A stretch of DNA of 64,000 nt from Octopus bimaculoides (lineage: Eukaryota), in assembly GCF_001194135.2 (NCBI RefSeq), contig NC_068995.1:24038394-24102393 (forward strand), in the 5' to 3' direction. Shown here piece by piece: positions 23,210 through 36,848 of the stretch (the first letter of the stretch is position 1; each line of letters starts with the position of its first letter). The notes below the pieces were generated by a model. It was given only the letters and a program-made list of their open reading frames with translations, made no database searches and was not told the origin of the DNA. The position numbers were made by a program, and so were the translations under genes.

Positions 23210-23960
23210 TTAGGCTGCATGAAGTGGGCGCGTGTATGCGAAGAGTAAAGAAGAGCGTAGTAAGATATGTGTGTAGCAGTGTGTATGGTTAAATATATAA
23301 ATGTGTAGGTCAGCTGCGTTTGACCGTCTCTGAAAAATTTGTAAAGATATGAGGGAAGCTCTCAGGGCTAGCTGTTTGTAAGCGTCCGTTGGTAGAGAAA
23401 TGTAGTTGATGGAATCGGTCAAGGCAATCAAGGTAATTCTATCTTCCAAGCAATTAGTTAACAGAACATGCCGGATATAAAAGAGGATCAGGTGAAGGGG
23501 ATTGATTTGAATAGTCAGTCAATGATCAGATTATATTAGAAAGGAAGAAAGGTCAACGTCTTGAAAATCGTTGGGGAATCGGTGGAAAGAAAAATGGTTT
23601 GAAGCATATTTGGAGGTTCAGTAATACGGGATAAACCGAGTTAACACACTGAGGCGGGCAAAATATAACCGAAGGGCAGGTGGTATTTGGGGAATTTTGT
23701 AGAGTTGTAGAGATTTCATATGAACATAGAATTGTGAACTCTAACCAAATAACTGGAATTTGGTACTCTTAAAGAATGTGTAAGAGAGGTGACTGCTAGC
23801 TCGATGGAAACTTCATAAGTACAGAGTCCAATTTCCAAAAATAAGTCCATTATAGAGCGGAAACTATATAGATAGGGAAAATTGTCTTATAGAGGCCGAA
23901 ATTATCCCTGTTGCTAAGTATACAGGTATCCAACTTACGTTACATATCGCATGATCAGTA
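23210..23960 (-). mobile_element. Ancient CR1-like LINE 3' fossil
   Basis: Minus-strand LQIFQRRSNAADLHIYIFNH resembles the CR1 L..L..RR..ADL..Y..F motif; C/T-rich sense strand. Confidence 0.4.
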
Positions 23961-24969
23961 ACCTATTCATCAGAAGGAATACAGGCACTAAGGAGGAGAT
24001 TACCGACACAAAACAGACGTGGAGAATAGTAGTTTCTTAGCAGCCGCACATGTAAACAATGGTTATAGAATATACTATAAAACGGTAATTAGGTCAGTTA
24101 ATTAGTCTTAATAGTTATCACGCGTAAACAATGATTCTTAAATATACGGTAATTAAATCAGTTTAATTAACCTTAGTGTTTTAAGTTTATAAAATATATT
24201 ATAAAACGGTAATTAAATTATTTTAATTAACCTTAGTAGTCACCACATAAAACAAAGATTATAATTAAATATATGTGGGGGATGCTAAGATGCTTCCATT
24301 TTTTGCGTGAATCTTGTTTTCTACCGGAGGTCAAGATCAACATGGGTTGCTTTTCATTAGGAGCATGTTCGTTCGACAAGTCTACCATATATGTATATGT
24401 GCATATGTGTATGTGTGTGTGCGTGTGTGTACGTGCGTGTATGTGCAAATATGTATGACTAAATAAACATATATATGTGTATGTATTTATGTCTATTCAA
24501 ATTTTGTGTAAGATGCAGCTAAATAATATAAACAATATCATTTGCTTCATGTATATGTATCGGTAAACACTAATAACTACCCGACACCGATGAGGAGAAA
24601 AACTTCAAATTATCGATATCTATTGTTTACGTTCACTTCTGGGACGATTTCATTTCGCATAGCTTTGAAGAATACTGTGGTTTTTAACATTATAAATTCG
24701 AAAAAACACCTACGTACACGAATTAATGCAGCTACGAGCGTTTAATAACACACATACATTAAGTACGTGACAGTGATATTGTTTGCATATATGTATTTAT
24801 GGTAAAAAAAAAAAAAACGTATAGTAAATGCACAGACGCAAAGCTGACACAGAATGACAAGTTAAAGGAACATGTAGTAAATGCACAGACAAACGGAAGA
24901 CAGACAAAGAAAGTCCCCAGTTCCTCATCAGCTATCAGCTAGTGAGGCAATTTCGTGCGTTTATATATT

Positions 24970-25002
<33 letters not shown>

Positions 25003-25207
25003 NNNNNNNNNNNNNNNNNNNNNNNNNNNNNNNNNNNNNNNNNNNNNNNNNNNNNNNNNNNNNNNNNNNNNNNNNNNNNNNNNNNNNNNNNNNNNNNNNN
25101 NNNNNNNNNNNNNNNNNNNNNNNNNNNNNNNNNNNNNNNNNNNNNNNNNNNNNNNNNNNNNNNNNNNNNNNNNNNNNNNNNNNNNNNNNNNNNNNNNNNN
25201 NNNNNNN

Positions 25208-25585
25208 CAAATAAACACACGCACTATATATTTTTTCTTCACTCGTTTGTTATTGTTCTTATTTTATTATTTTAACTCATGTCCATTATCCGAAACTATT
25301 TCGTCACACATCTGTGACCTCTTCAATGTCACTTTCCCATTCTGTTCTAAGATAATCTTTGTGTGCGCATAAGGATATACATCTTAGAAGAACAGAATGG
25401 AATAAGTGGAGTAAGAACACACACGAAAAAGAAAAGTGACGTTGAAGAGGTCACAGATGTGTGACGAAAGATTTCCGGACAATGGACATGCGTTAAAATA
25501 ATAAAATAAGAACAGTAGTAAACGAGTGAAGAAAATATATATAGTGCGTGTGTTTATTTGGCAAAAAAATGACCGTCCCGAAATA
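25208..25585. mobile_element. Palindromic MITE-like element, arms of about 145 and 180 bp
   Basis: 25208-25352 pairs with 25382-25560 (about 90% by eye, with one insertion of about 30 bp in the right arm); the left end is lost in the gap. Confidence 0.85.
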
Positions 25586-26267
25586 CAACAATATCTGTTT
25601 CAACACGCGATTTCATATCACGAATCTTGCAAAACGAATTGATATACGTAATGTACATATATATGCGGATGGTATATATCCCTTGGCTGCTATGCTGATG
25701 ACATCTATTGAGCAAGAAACAAATGACACAGCTCTCCGTTTATCTCCAGGTATTAAGCCTGTTCTTTTCCTTAATGACTCTCAACTTGGGAGAATTCTTG
25801 ATTCTTCAGAATATTTGCCCCTCACACCTTGATTTGTTCTCAGTTGCGAATTGGTAATTGTAACATCTCCCCTAGAGGCGAAGATATTTTTAATATGTCA
25901 AGAACTTATATTCTTTTGGTATTTGAATGTACTTGCTCATATACGTGCCACTGGCTACTTAGAATTGTTTCTCTTAGCTGATTTTGTTTTATATATATAT
26001 ATCCGTGTATTAAGGCTACCATTGGTTTCATGTTAAGGAAAATATCATAATATCTTAATAATTTTTCAAGCGGATCACATGGAGGAATGGTGTTGGTCTC
26101 AACTTTGGAAGAAAACACGGAAAATCTCGCGAAAAATATCTGGAATTCGCAAAAAGTCTCGTAATGGAAACAAGAAATTAAGGGGCGCTACTCTTGGATG
26201 ACACCTTTTGAGCGATTATCTCTCTTGGATAGTGAATTTGTTTGCATTATATTATTTTATATTCTAA

Positions 26268-26475
26268 GGAGGTGAACTGGCAGAATCGCTAGCACGCTGG
26301 ACGAAATGCTTGGCGGTATTTTGACCATCGCTACGTTCTGAGTTCAATTACCACCGCGGTCGACTTTGCATTTCATTCTTTCAGGGTCGATAAATTAAGT
26401 ACTAATTACGCACAGGGGCTGATGTAATCGACAAGTCTCCTTCCTCAAAATTTCAAGCCTTTTGCCTACAGTAGA
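26268..26475 (+). mobile_element. SINE family A, left member of a local duplicate pair
   Basis: Shares private variants (aactggcagaatcgctagcacgctgg, caattaccaccgcgg, gcatttcattctttcaggg) with 26879-27062. Confidence 0.88.
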
Positions 26476-26590
26476 AAAGATTATATTATATTATATTCTG
26501 GGTATGTGTGGTATTTGTGTTTACGTGCTGAGGGAGTTCATCAGAGTGAGGGGAAAGTATCGTCAATATGTGGAGTTCGTGTGTGGTATG

Positions 26591-26710
26591 TATTCAATCT
26601 TCATTTTCAGGGAAAGAAACTATCCTGGTGGAAATGGCGGCGCGGGCGGTGGTTCTTCTTTCGCTAATCCCACCAGGATAGTTTCTTTCCATGAACGTGA
26701 ACATTGAATA
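26591..26710. other. Strong hairpin: perfect 21-bp stem, 25/26 extended, plus outer stems
   Basis: ggaaagaaactatcctggtgg (26611-26631) pairs with 26670-26690; ttca/tgaa and tattcaat/attgaata extend it; GC-rich 38-nt loop. Confidence 0.9.
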
Positions 26711-26714
26711 TGTG

Positions 26715-26769
<55 letters not shown>

Positions 26770-26878
26770 CAGCAGTAGAAGAAGAAGAAGAAGAAGAAGA
26801 AGAAGAAGAAGAAGAAGAAGAAGAAGAAGAAGAAGAAGAAGAAGAAGAAGAAGAAGAAGAAGAAGAAGAACGGATCAA

Positions 26879-27062
26879 TGAACTGGCAGAATCGCTAGCA
26901 CGCTGGACGAAATGCTTGGCGGTATTTCTGAGTTCAATTACCACCGCGGTCGACATTGCATTTCATTCTTTCAGGGTCGATAAATTAAGTACCAGTTACG
27001 CGCAGGGGCTGATGTAATCGACTAGTCTTCTTCCTCAAAATTTCAAGCCTTTTGCCGTAGAA
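26879..27062 (+). mobile_element. SINE family A, right member of the duplicate pair
   Basis: Near-identical to 26279-26475 apart from a 15-bp deletion and a few substitutions. Confidence 0.88.
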
Positions 27063-29942
27063 CTCCACATATAGTATAGGCAGGGAGAGAAATGTGATGA
27101 TTGGGAGTGAGATGTGTCCGTTCACAGGGGAATCCCCATGAGGATAAATGCAATTCGAGATTTTCGTCTGTGCTACTTACTACTGGCATAGCTATTGTTG
27201 TAATCTGTGCTGTAATTACTGCTGCTACTGCTGCTGGTGCTGTAGTTATTGTTGCCGGTTGTATCGTTCTTAGTGTTGCTGGAGTTGTTTCCATAGTTGC
27301 TGGAGTTCAGTTACATGTCTGGCAGTGGAATAGAATAGTCTTGTTTCTTTTATTTTTTACCACCGAGGCCATCTGCTTACACATGCACACACGCGCGCAC
27401 ACACGCGCGCACACACACACAGACGTATATATGTATATTATATATATATATATATATATATATNNNNNNNNNNNNNNNNNNNNNNNNNNNNNNNNNNNNN
27501 NNNNNNNNNNNNNNNNNNNNNNNNNNNNNNNNNNNNNNNNNNNNNNNNNNNNNNNNNNNNNNNNNNNNNNNCAGTACGCACGTTTCATGCTACTTCAATT
27601 TATTTAAGTAATGTGAGCATTACCTTAAATGCAATATGAAGAGCAATCTTCAGCTGCACGAAAAAATGTAGAAAAAACATATTACAAATGTGGCAACATA
27701 TTAAAACCAAGTGGGAGAGAGCAGAGGAAGAATATATAAGTCCATCTTGACATAGCAGGGTCTATCAGGCTAGTAATTGATTCTAGACAAAAGTTTTAAC
27801 TGTCTCAGAATTCTATTGTTTCTTATCTAGTGGTGATAGCAAAGGGACAATTACTTCTAAAGAGAGGGAAGGTGTAAGCAGTATGCATGGGCAAGGCTAT
27901 AAAAGTATTAGAATCTAGAGGTTTCACTGGTCATAGTAGTATCAGGTCATTATATATATATAATACAAAAATGGGACGAGAACGCAAAACATCCAGACAG
28001 TTAGGTGATACAAAAAAAGGACAACAAAATATCTAGACAGACGATACAAAGAAAACAAGGACGGCTCATTCGGAGTTTTCTTTCCTCAGTCGAGTTCCAG
28101 ATTATCTTTGCAATTTCGTGGAGTAATCTCGAGTATACGCAGCCGAAAGCAGTATGTAAGAAAAAGTTATCAATGATTTTCAGTGAGTATCATTTGTATA
28201 AATAAAAGACATATTTATAATCATTTCCCGATATGTTATATAACTGTAAATATTCGTGTATGTGTGGTGCGTATGTGAATATAAATATATATTAAGGATA
28301 AGAATTCATTTGTATAAAGAGAAATTGGGATTTGCATACAAATTCAAATCAAGATTCATATTATTCCGCATGTCTGAACAGCTGAAAGAAACAAGCCTGT
28401 TCCTTCCTGAGACGGACTATATTTATTTAGACGACCATTTTTCGAACTGCGAATGAGGCTCTTGAGAGATTTAGTTTTTTTTTTTTTTTTTTTTGGTGTT
28501 TTTTAAAAGCTGTACATAACTTCCTACTATGTTATTATATTTGTAGTTATCGTTACACATTCATCTCTGAAATACTCATATATTGGCTAATCATTTTATT
28601 TTTCTAGCATGTGAAATATATCGAAACTGTTGATTACAATGGGCATTTGCAACCATTTACGATCAAATCAAGAGAATACGGAGGGACAAAAAATCCGTAC
28701 TCAGCAATCTCTCGTAAGTCGACGATACTACTTCGATTATTGATTAAATTTCATTAATTGAACTTGTTCTGAGACATCACATCTTAAATGTTTGAGCGGC
28801 TCACGAACTTCTTTCGCTTCCTGTAAATGTGTGCTCTTCTACATAAGTTAGATATCAAACAACTATAAACTGTAAATTATACTGGCTTTTGTTTAATATC
28901 TAGAGTTAAATAAAATAATTTACATAAATATATTGTAATAATTCTTTGGCAACAATAAATCTCAGTAGGTTTATACTAAGGAAAACATTTGTAAATCCAT
29001 GATTCAAATTTTAATTCAGTTTACTCGAATCAAAAACTTATATTTAAAATGTAATGAAGAATGGATGTACATCACACTCTCTTCTCGGTCTCCTTTAATC
29101 TTGGAGCCCCTGAGCCTATCTAGAAAATCAATATCTATCTTAACAAACCTATATGCACCAGATTAAATTGATCTATTCTATCTGAGGCAGATGATGAACA
29201 GGATAGAAATACTGTCACAGCTGCGCCGATGATGTGAGGATCACTTAGTCCTATCAAAGATGTTTCATGGGGGAAATATTTATTGACATATCGATCTGAA
29301 ATCATAGATTATCCAGTATACTAACTCTTGAATCGACTGCTTACTGCAGCTACTATTTAGACTCTAAATTTTTGAGTTATCAATATTACATTCTGAATAG
29401 GTAAGGTACTTCTACCTGTCCTAAATAACCTCTTTGATAAATTCCGGGTAGATAAATTAATGAGAGGCAAAATATATTATTATAAAAAGTCAAAATTTAT
29501 TATTTCTCAAAATCTTGATTATTATCAAAGATTGCTCAAATAATAGTAGCATAACAATTCACTGTATAGGAAGTCGATGAAACGGAATTAAACGAATTAT
29601 TGACCAGCTTGCATCCATTTCTAACTCGCCAGATATCTCTTAACGATAAAGACAATAGATTAAGCTCGGACAACTGAAGAAAATCCTAGCATGCTAATTT
29701 GTCGCCGAACAACTGACCGATTAGATCATCAGTGACAGCAATATTACCAACGTTTGACATTTGAAACTTCGATCTCATCATTGCTCCGCTCTCTGCTGAT
29801 AAAGACCTCACACTATCTTCTGTTTAATTTTTTTTTTTTTTCTTTCAATAATCTAGTTTCCGTTTAGTTAATTAATGATTTCGTGATGATTATCAGAAAT
29901 AGTGATAACAGAACTGTCAAAGAATACACAGAATGGACTGCA

Positions 29943-29979
<37 letters not shown>

Positions 29980-31107
29980 CTGAATGTGCTTGCGCACACA
30001 CATGCACGTTTCATTTTAATCAATGTAGACGACACACACACATACATATAGTGATATATGTATGTGTGTGTATAACGAATGGAAAAGAAATGGAAGAAAT
30101 GATATTTTTGCTGGTCAATTGTACTCTCACATGAAACAATTGCCTATTTTCGCACTTACATTACCGATCGATAATGGTACAACACACTAAAGTAAATAGT
30201 AAAAGATACTAAATGGTGTATAATGCATCTTGACCTGTACTGAATAGTATTTTGCATTGTTTCAAAAATTAGAGACCATCTCCTCTGTTTGAATAGGAAA
30301 CACCTTCATAACTTATACAAAGGAAAACTTTTTAATTGTATGCTAGTGGTAAGTAGTTTCTGTTATAGAGTGCATAACTGAATTTGTTTTTCACTAGTGA
30401 CAAGATAACTGCTGTCTTTCTAAAGACGTGGAATGCCCTGCTACTGGTTATTGTAAGGGGAAAAATCATGGTGGAATTAGAAATTTAAATTCTGAATCGG
30501 AGATCAATGAAGATGCACAGAATATACGTATTTGATGTTCCTTTCCTTATATTTAATATTTCATATCTCTTACTACCTACATAAACCGTAACTTGACACA
30601 AAGGTTCTAGGAAAAGAAGAAAGTGTAACATTTGTTTCCCGTGCTTATTAGTGGTGCACGTGAAATAAAATAGCTAAACCAGTAACTGAAATCCAGCAAC
30701 CATGTTGGCCTTTATAGAAGATTTTATATTTCCGTAGAGTTCGCGATTTATTTGATTATAGTGAAAGTATTTGATGAGTTGAAGAGATAGCCAAAGCAAT
30801 AGAAATCAGGACTTGGTTCAAATTGTAAAGAAATAGCTTCACTTATTTCCGAAATATATATTGGCAAAATAAGATGATACAGTCGATTATATCTACCACA
30901 TTCTCCCCGCATACACAGGAGTTTCTGTATTAATTATCTGGACGCTTATCTCTGCCCAAACGACATTCACACTGAGAGACAAGTCATCCAAGCTATGAAA
31001 ATCGTACGTTTAAATATCTCTTTCTCTCTTTCTCCCTTTCTCTTTCTCTCCAATAAAAGAAGGAGCAATATAACGCAAACCGTGTAATATTAGTATTATA
31101 GTCCCTA

Positions 31108-32340
31108 AAGGTGGCGAGCTGGCAGAAAGGTTAGCACGCCGAGCCAAATGCTTAGCGCTAAGTCGTCTGTCTTTACGATCTGAGTTCAAAATACGCCGAG
31201 GTCAACTTTGCCTTTCATCCTTTCAGGCTCGATAAATTAAGTACCAGTTGCATACTGGGATCGATCTAATCGACTGGCCCCAACTCCCAAAATATTTTAT
31301 ATATGTATACAAGAGAGAGACACAGAAGAGTTACATATAGAGAGACAGGACAGTTATGTATATGTGGTAGTTATGTACAATTCATTAGCACCTTATAAGT
31401 GCCCAGAATGTAGAATGAAAAGTGTAAATATAGTAAAGTAAATATTTCAATGTGATGCTGGTTCTCTCAATTGATGACAATAACATAATTATAATGGTTT
31501 CAAATTTGGTACAAGGCCAGCAATTTTAGTGGAAGGGTAAGTCGATATAATAGGATCCAGTGCTCAACTGGTACTTATTTTATCGATCCCAAAAGGATGA
31601 AAGGCAAACTCAAACTTTTGAGAACATGAACTCTAAACGTAAAGAGCCTGAAGAAATGCTGCCAACTATTGTGGCAGTTTACCATCTAGTTACAAAACTT
31701 AGAAATTAGGGGTTATCATATAAAAGGAAAACATAAATCCTTTCTACTATAGACTCAAGTCCTACAATTTGGAGGAGGGGATAAGTTGATTATATCGACC
31801 CCAGTGCTCAGTTTCTACTTAATTTATCAACTTCGAAAGGATGAAAGGTAAAGTCAACCTTAACAGCATTTGAACTCAGAGCGTAATAATATTACACTTT
31901 TCTACTATAGGTACAAGTTCAGCGATTTGGAACAGCGCACTAGTCGATTATAACTGCCCCAAGGCCCAACTGGTACTTAATTTATCGACCCTGAAATGAG
32001 GATAGGCATAGTCGACCTCGGTGGCAGGAATCTGAACTCAACGTAAAAGCAGAAGAAATGCCACTAAACTTCCTATTTGTGTGCTAAGGATTCTGCTAAC
32101 CCGCCGCCTTAATCATTTTTGATGATAATCTTTTCTACTATCGGTACAAGGTATGAAATTGGGGGCGGGAGGAGACTAGTTGATTATAACGACTACAGTA
32201 CTCAACTGGTACTTATTTCATCAACCACATACATATGAAAGGGAAGGTTGACCTCAGCCGAGTTTTAACTCAAAACATAAAGTTTGACGAAATGACGCTA
32301 AGCATTCTGTCCGGCATATAACTATGCCAGTCCGACAGCT
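31108..32340. mobile_element. Cluster of five SINE family A copies: one plus (31108-31295) and four tandem minus (about 31495-31670, 31738-31885, 31895-32110, 32130-32340)
   Basis: Each carries the aaggatgaaaggcaaagtcgacctc / aactggtacttaatttatcgac-type body. Confidence 0.85.
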
Positions 32341-33580
32341 TCGAAAAGAAAAAAACATAAACAAATCTTAAATATATTGTATATGCATGCTTCCATTAAT
32401 ATGGGTTAGGACTTTGCTTTCGATACTCAATAGAAGGCTATTTTCTCTTATAATACTAGTCGCGTCCTTGGAATTTATATGAATGTCACACTTTTGCCCA
32501 AGTAATAAATCATCATTAAAGATTTAGAAGCCAGTTTTAATTGGTGCAATCGAGTGAGACACCATTAATAATTTAATATGTGGTATTTGCTTGTTTTGTG
32601 TTGAACTTAAATGATTTGATTTTTCTTTTCAAACACTCGAGGTCAATTAAGTAGTGTTGATTCAACTGTTTATATCACTTTAAATTTGAGAAAACTACTT
32701 GAAATCATTATTAAAAGACATATTAATAGTTGCAGTAGTTAAGAGGATAAGGTTAAACGATCACAAGTACAGCTGTTACGATAAGTCCTCTTTTTGCCAA
32801 CATTATGCTTGAAACAGGAAGCAAGTAGAATCTACTCAACAATGCGAAGACAGGAGGAAAGAAATTCATTGAATATTTAACCTTGACAAGTTCTATTTGC
32901 ATCTATAACAATAGTAAATGAGACAAAAGTTTTCGAATGAAAAAAAGAAATTGCAACACCATCTAAATCACAGTGTAAGAGGCTATTCAAATTATACAAA
33001 CCATATTTATTCGTTCATTTCAAATTGAATTTTCTATTTAATTCTACATCTTTTTATATTACACTGTGTAACAATTTTTTTTATTGTCTTTGGTTAGTAG
33101 GTACTATTTCCTATGTGCTTCTATCTAGAAACCAAAGGAAATGGCTACTATTCCCTTCAAGCTGCTTTTGTAACTTGGACATCGATGTTTTGAAACTAAC
33201 CATTTTCCCATTACATTTCAGACAAATTCAGCACTGAGTTACTGAAGTAGAAATATTGCTATAGTAAATATTCTGCTCAATACCACAGATTTGCGTGTTT
33301 GAAGGAAATATTAGCCATTTTCATACTTTCTATGGGTGAGCAAATACTAAGTAACAGCTGCTACCCAAGGGCTAAATCGAATTTGATGAAAATGATGTTG
33401 TTGCTCTCAGAGACACAAAGCTTTCGATCGAGTTTGGCCCGAGAATATCCAGTTAAAACTATCAAGTTAAAACTATCTTTTCACGGTCTCAATTAGTCTT
33501 CCGTTTCTTAGATCGTTGCTTTTTGTCAGATCGCACAATCACAATGTGTGCTGCTGGACATTATATATTTAAGAGCCTCA

Positions 33581-33598
33581 CCCTAACCCTAACCCTAA
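33581..33598 (+). repeat. (CCCTAA)3 telomere-like hexamer
   Basis: ccctaaccctaaccctaa seen directly; too short to be more than an interstitial or TE-borne motif. Confidence 0.7.
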
Positions 33599-35349
33599 CT
33601 AGGCAAATGCTAGGCTTCATTATCGATGAGGATTTTCCCTGCGTAAAAATACAGCAACGACATAAAAAAGATTGCATCAGAGACTAGTCGTCTTCTTCGG
33701 AGTCAGAAAATACATCAATCCCCAACAAATACCAACATTCTACGATGCTCAACTGTTAACCAGGATGTTGTGCTTCTCCCTCACTTGAAGTAGTGCGGCA
33801 GCCATGCACACGAGCATATTACATCCAAAGAAATTCCAACTCGTTTGACAAGCATGGAATTTGCCCTAAACATACTCCACCTCTGCTTTCTTTGTCTGCA
33901 TTTCTTCCCTTAAATATGATAGCAGCTCCGGAGCTCGCTGATCATGTGACACTTATATTTTGGAAATTCCTCGTCTCTCCTCCTCTTGCCACCTATATTG
34001 TATTCACTGCCATAAATCCCACAATCAGTACTCATTCAAAGTGTTTCTTTTCCAAAACTTTTTAAATTCTCTCTCTACGCATATTATTTGTTTCTTGCAG
34101 CCACCTCAAAGTAGAGTTGCAGCGGAGCGGTTGAAACACCAAAATCACCAATCTGTACCCGCGCATATCCGAGTAAAACACTATAAACAGATTTTTCTCT
34201 TAAACAGAGTTGTTTTGATAATAACCTCTTTAACTAATGCTAATAAGGTAGATACCCTTTTAATATTAAGATCAGAAGCACCAACGAATACCATCTAATG
34301 ATCTGGAATGAATCACCCTGCTAGAGATCACCATTCCGCAAGATTTACCCACAGAAGGAGTTGTGATCTGCATCGCTGCTACTGTTTAAAGCTGAGCGTA
34401 TTCTCTGGGCTGTATTCCTTGCTAATAGCTATATACACTTGATGAATTTACTACATGCATAACCTAGTACTAATAAAAATATATAAACTATGTACCTCTT
34501 AACTGGCTGTATATTACTCTCACAGCGAAATTCATGCAGCGGTGGTGTTAGATTGAAGCTACATGTGAAATGTAAGTTTCGTTTCAAACTATGAAGTAAC
34601 TATCTCAATAATTATTATTAAATAAACACGATTCATGTATAGATCTCCAGTAAATATAAACTACTTGCTAGATATTTATCTCCCCACCCTGAAGACGCTG
34701 GCCAACTATACCCGATGTTTATATTCTTCTACTACTGGTTACATATTTTTGTGAACTACCTCTATCTACATCATGGAGTAATTCAGAGCACCCCAAAACA
34801 GCTTTCGAACTTGTAACACCATATCTTTTACCTCTAATTTCCTGTTTTTGTACTCTATATAAGTTTACTCTGTTAATATATAAATATCTGTTAATATATA
34901 GAAATAAATATATAAATATTTATACATGGATATTCAGCATCTGAAAATTTTCAGTCCTTGCTTTCTTTCTATTCACTTGTATAGATGCATGTATATTGTT
35001 TTAATATCTAAACCAAGCTGTTTCTGCACCATTATCTCTTATAGAGTACCAATGTACTTTCCATAACTGAACTGAATGACAATTAGAACGATGGTTAACA
35101 GTTTATCAAAGGTTCACCGTTTCACTGTAAGTGACCGAGAGAAAACTCCTTCAAAATCCTAGGGCTCCTTTTCTATCGGTCTGATCACAACGCCAATACA
35201 ACTGCTGAAACGGAAATCAAAATTATATAGGTCATGAATGGCAAAGAGACCGGCTTTGGGGTTATAGGAACAATACTGGAATTAATTTGACATGTTGATT
35301 TCATATAACAATGATAGTATTACCCCTACCAATACATGTTGGCCTTATT

Positions 35350-35404
<55 letters not shown>

Positions 35405-35790
35405 CAGCAGCAGTAGTAGTAGTAGCAGCAGCAGCAGCAGTAATAGTAGTAGTAAGACACTTGAAGAGCGAATGTATTTAACAATGATCGATTCATAGCA
35501 TCTGTTAGATATTTTTCCCACGTAGATGTAATCTAAATATATCTAAACATTATTTTTTGTCGATATATGATACCCCCCAGCCATCTTTCACTGGTGCTAA
35601 ATCAATGCTCACTATGTACTATATTACTTTGCTTACACACAAGGCGTGCACTTATTCATTACATGAAAGTGTGCATACATTTACATACATATAACTACGT
35701 ATTCTGATATCGTAATATCCATATGTATTTGCTTACACATACAGACGTTTCTCGGTGTGTATACATTTACAGCCTACATATGTATGTATA

Positions 35791-35834
<44 letters not shown>

Positions 35835-36099
35835 NNNNNNNNNNGTGTGTGTGTGTGTGTGTATGTGTATGTATGTATGTATGTATGTATGTATATATAT
35901 ATATATAGGTGTGAGATGTGGTGTGCATGTGTGTGTATGTATGTGTGTGTGAATGTGTAAGCGCGTGTGTCTTTTAGTGAAAGTGGGAAAACATTATCCC
36001 AAGCTAAAATTTGTTGAACACACCATCAGACATGACACGCGTAGTAATGGTGATGTTTGAATGTTGTATTTTTCAATTATTTTATATATTCATACTCTA

Positions 36100-36150
<51 letters not shown>

Positions 36151-36549
36151 ACACACTCACGCACTCACTCACTCGCAGACTCACCCACAAATACTCATAT
36201 GTACAGACTTATATACATGTAGATATACATGTATGTATGTATGTATGTATGCATGCATGCATGCATTTGTCTGTGCGTGCGTGTACATGAACGTTTATCT
36301 ATATGCTTTTCTCAAATTATGCTTATGTCCATATACTTACATACTTCACATATAGTCAGATTACTTTGCGTAAGTATAACCGTATTTGTGCGGATATTGA
36401 GATTATATCGAGAGTCACACCGTGCATCAAGTCAGCAACGTCATAATAGTCTTATATGTGTGTGTGTGTCTGTAAGTGTACACACGCACATAACATAACT
36501 CACACACAGACACTCATATACATACGTACGAATACATCATATGTATATG

Positions 36550-36588
<39 letters not shown>

Positions 36589-36808
36589 NNNNNNNNNNNN
36601 NNNNNNNNNNNNNNNNNNNNNNNNNNNNNNNNNNNNNNNNNNNNNNNNNNNNNNNNNNNNNNNNNNNNNNNNNNNNNNNNNNNNNNNNNNNNNNNNNNNN
36701 NNNNNNNNNNNNNNNNNNNNNNNNNNNNNNNTATATATGTACATAACTGCATATATATGTATATATGTACATGTATATATATATGTATATATATATATAT
36801 GTGTGTGC

Positions 36809-36848
<40 letters not shown>

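Noticed and set aside
29080-29260. 56-codon minus-strand ORF MISDRYVNKYF..
   Set aside because: The plus strand shows a CADDVRI (YADD-like) relic, so it is more likely the antisense of an old LINE.
33581-33598. Telomeric repeat as evidence of a chromosome fusion
   Set aside because: Only three units; too short to support that.
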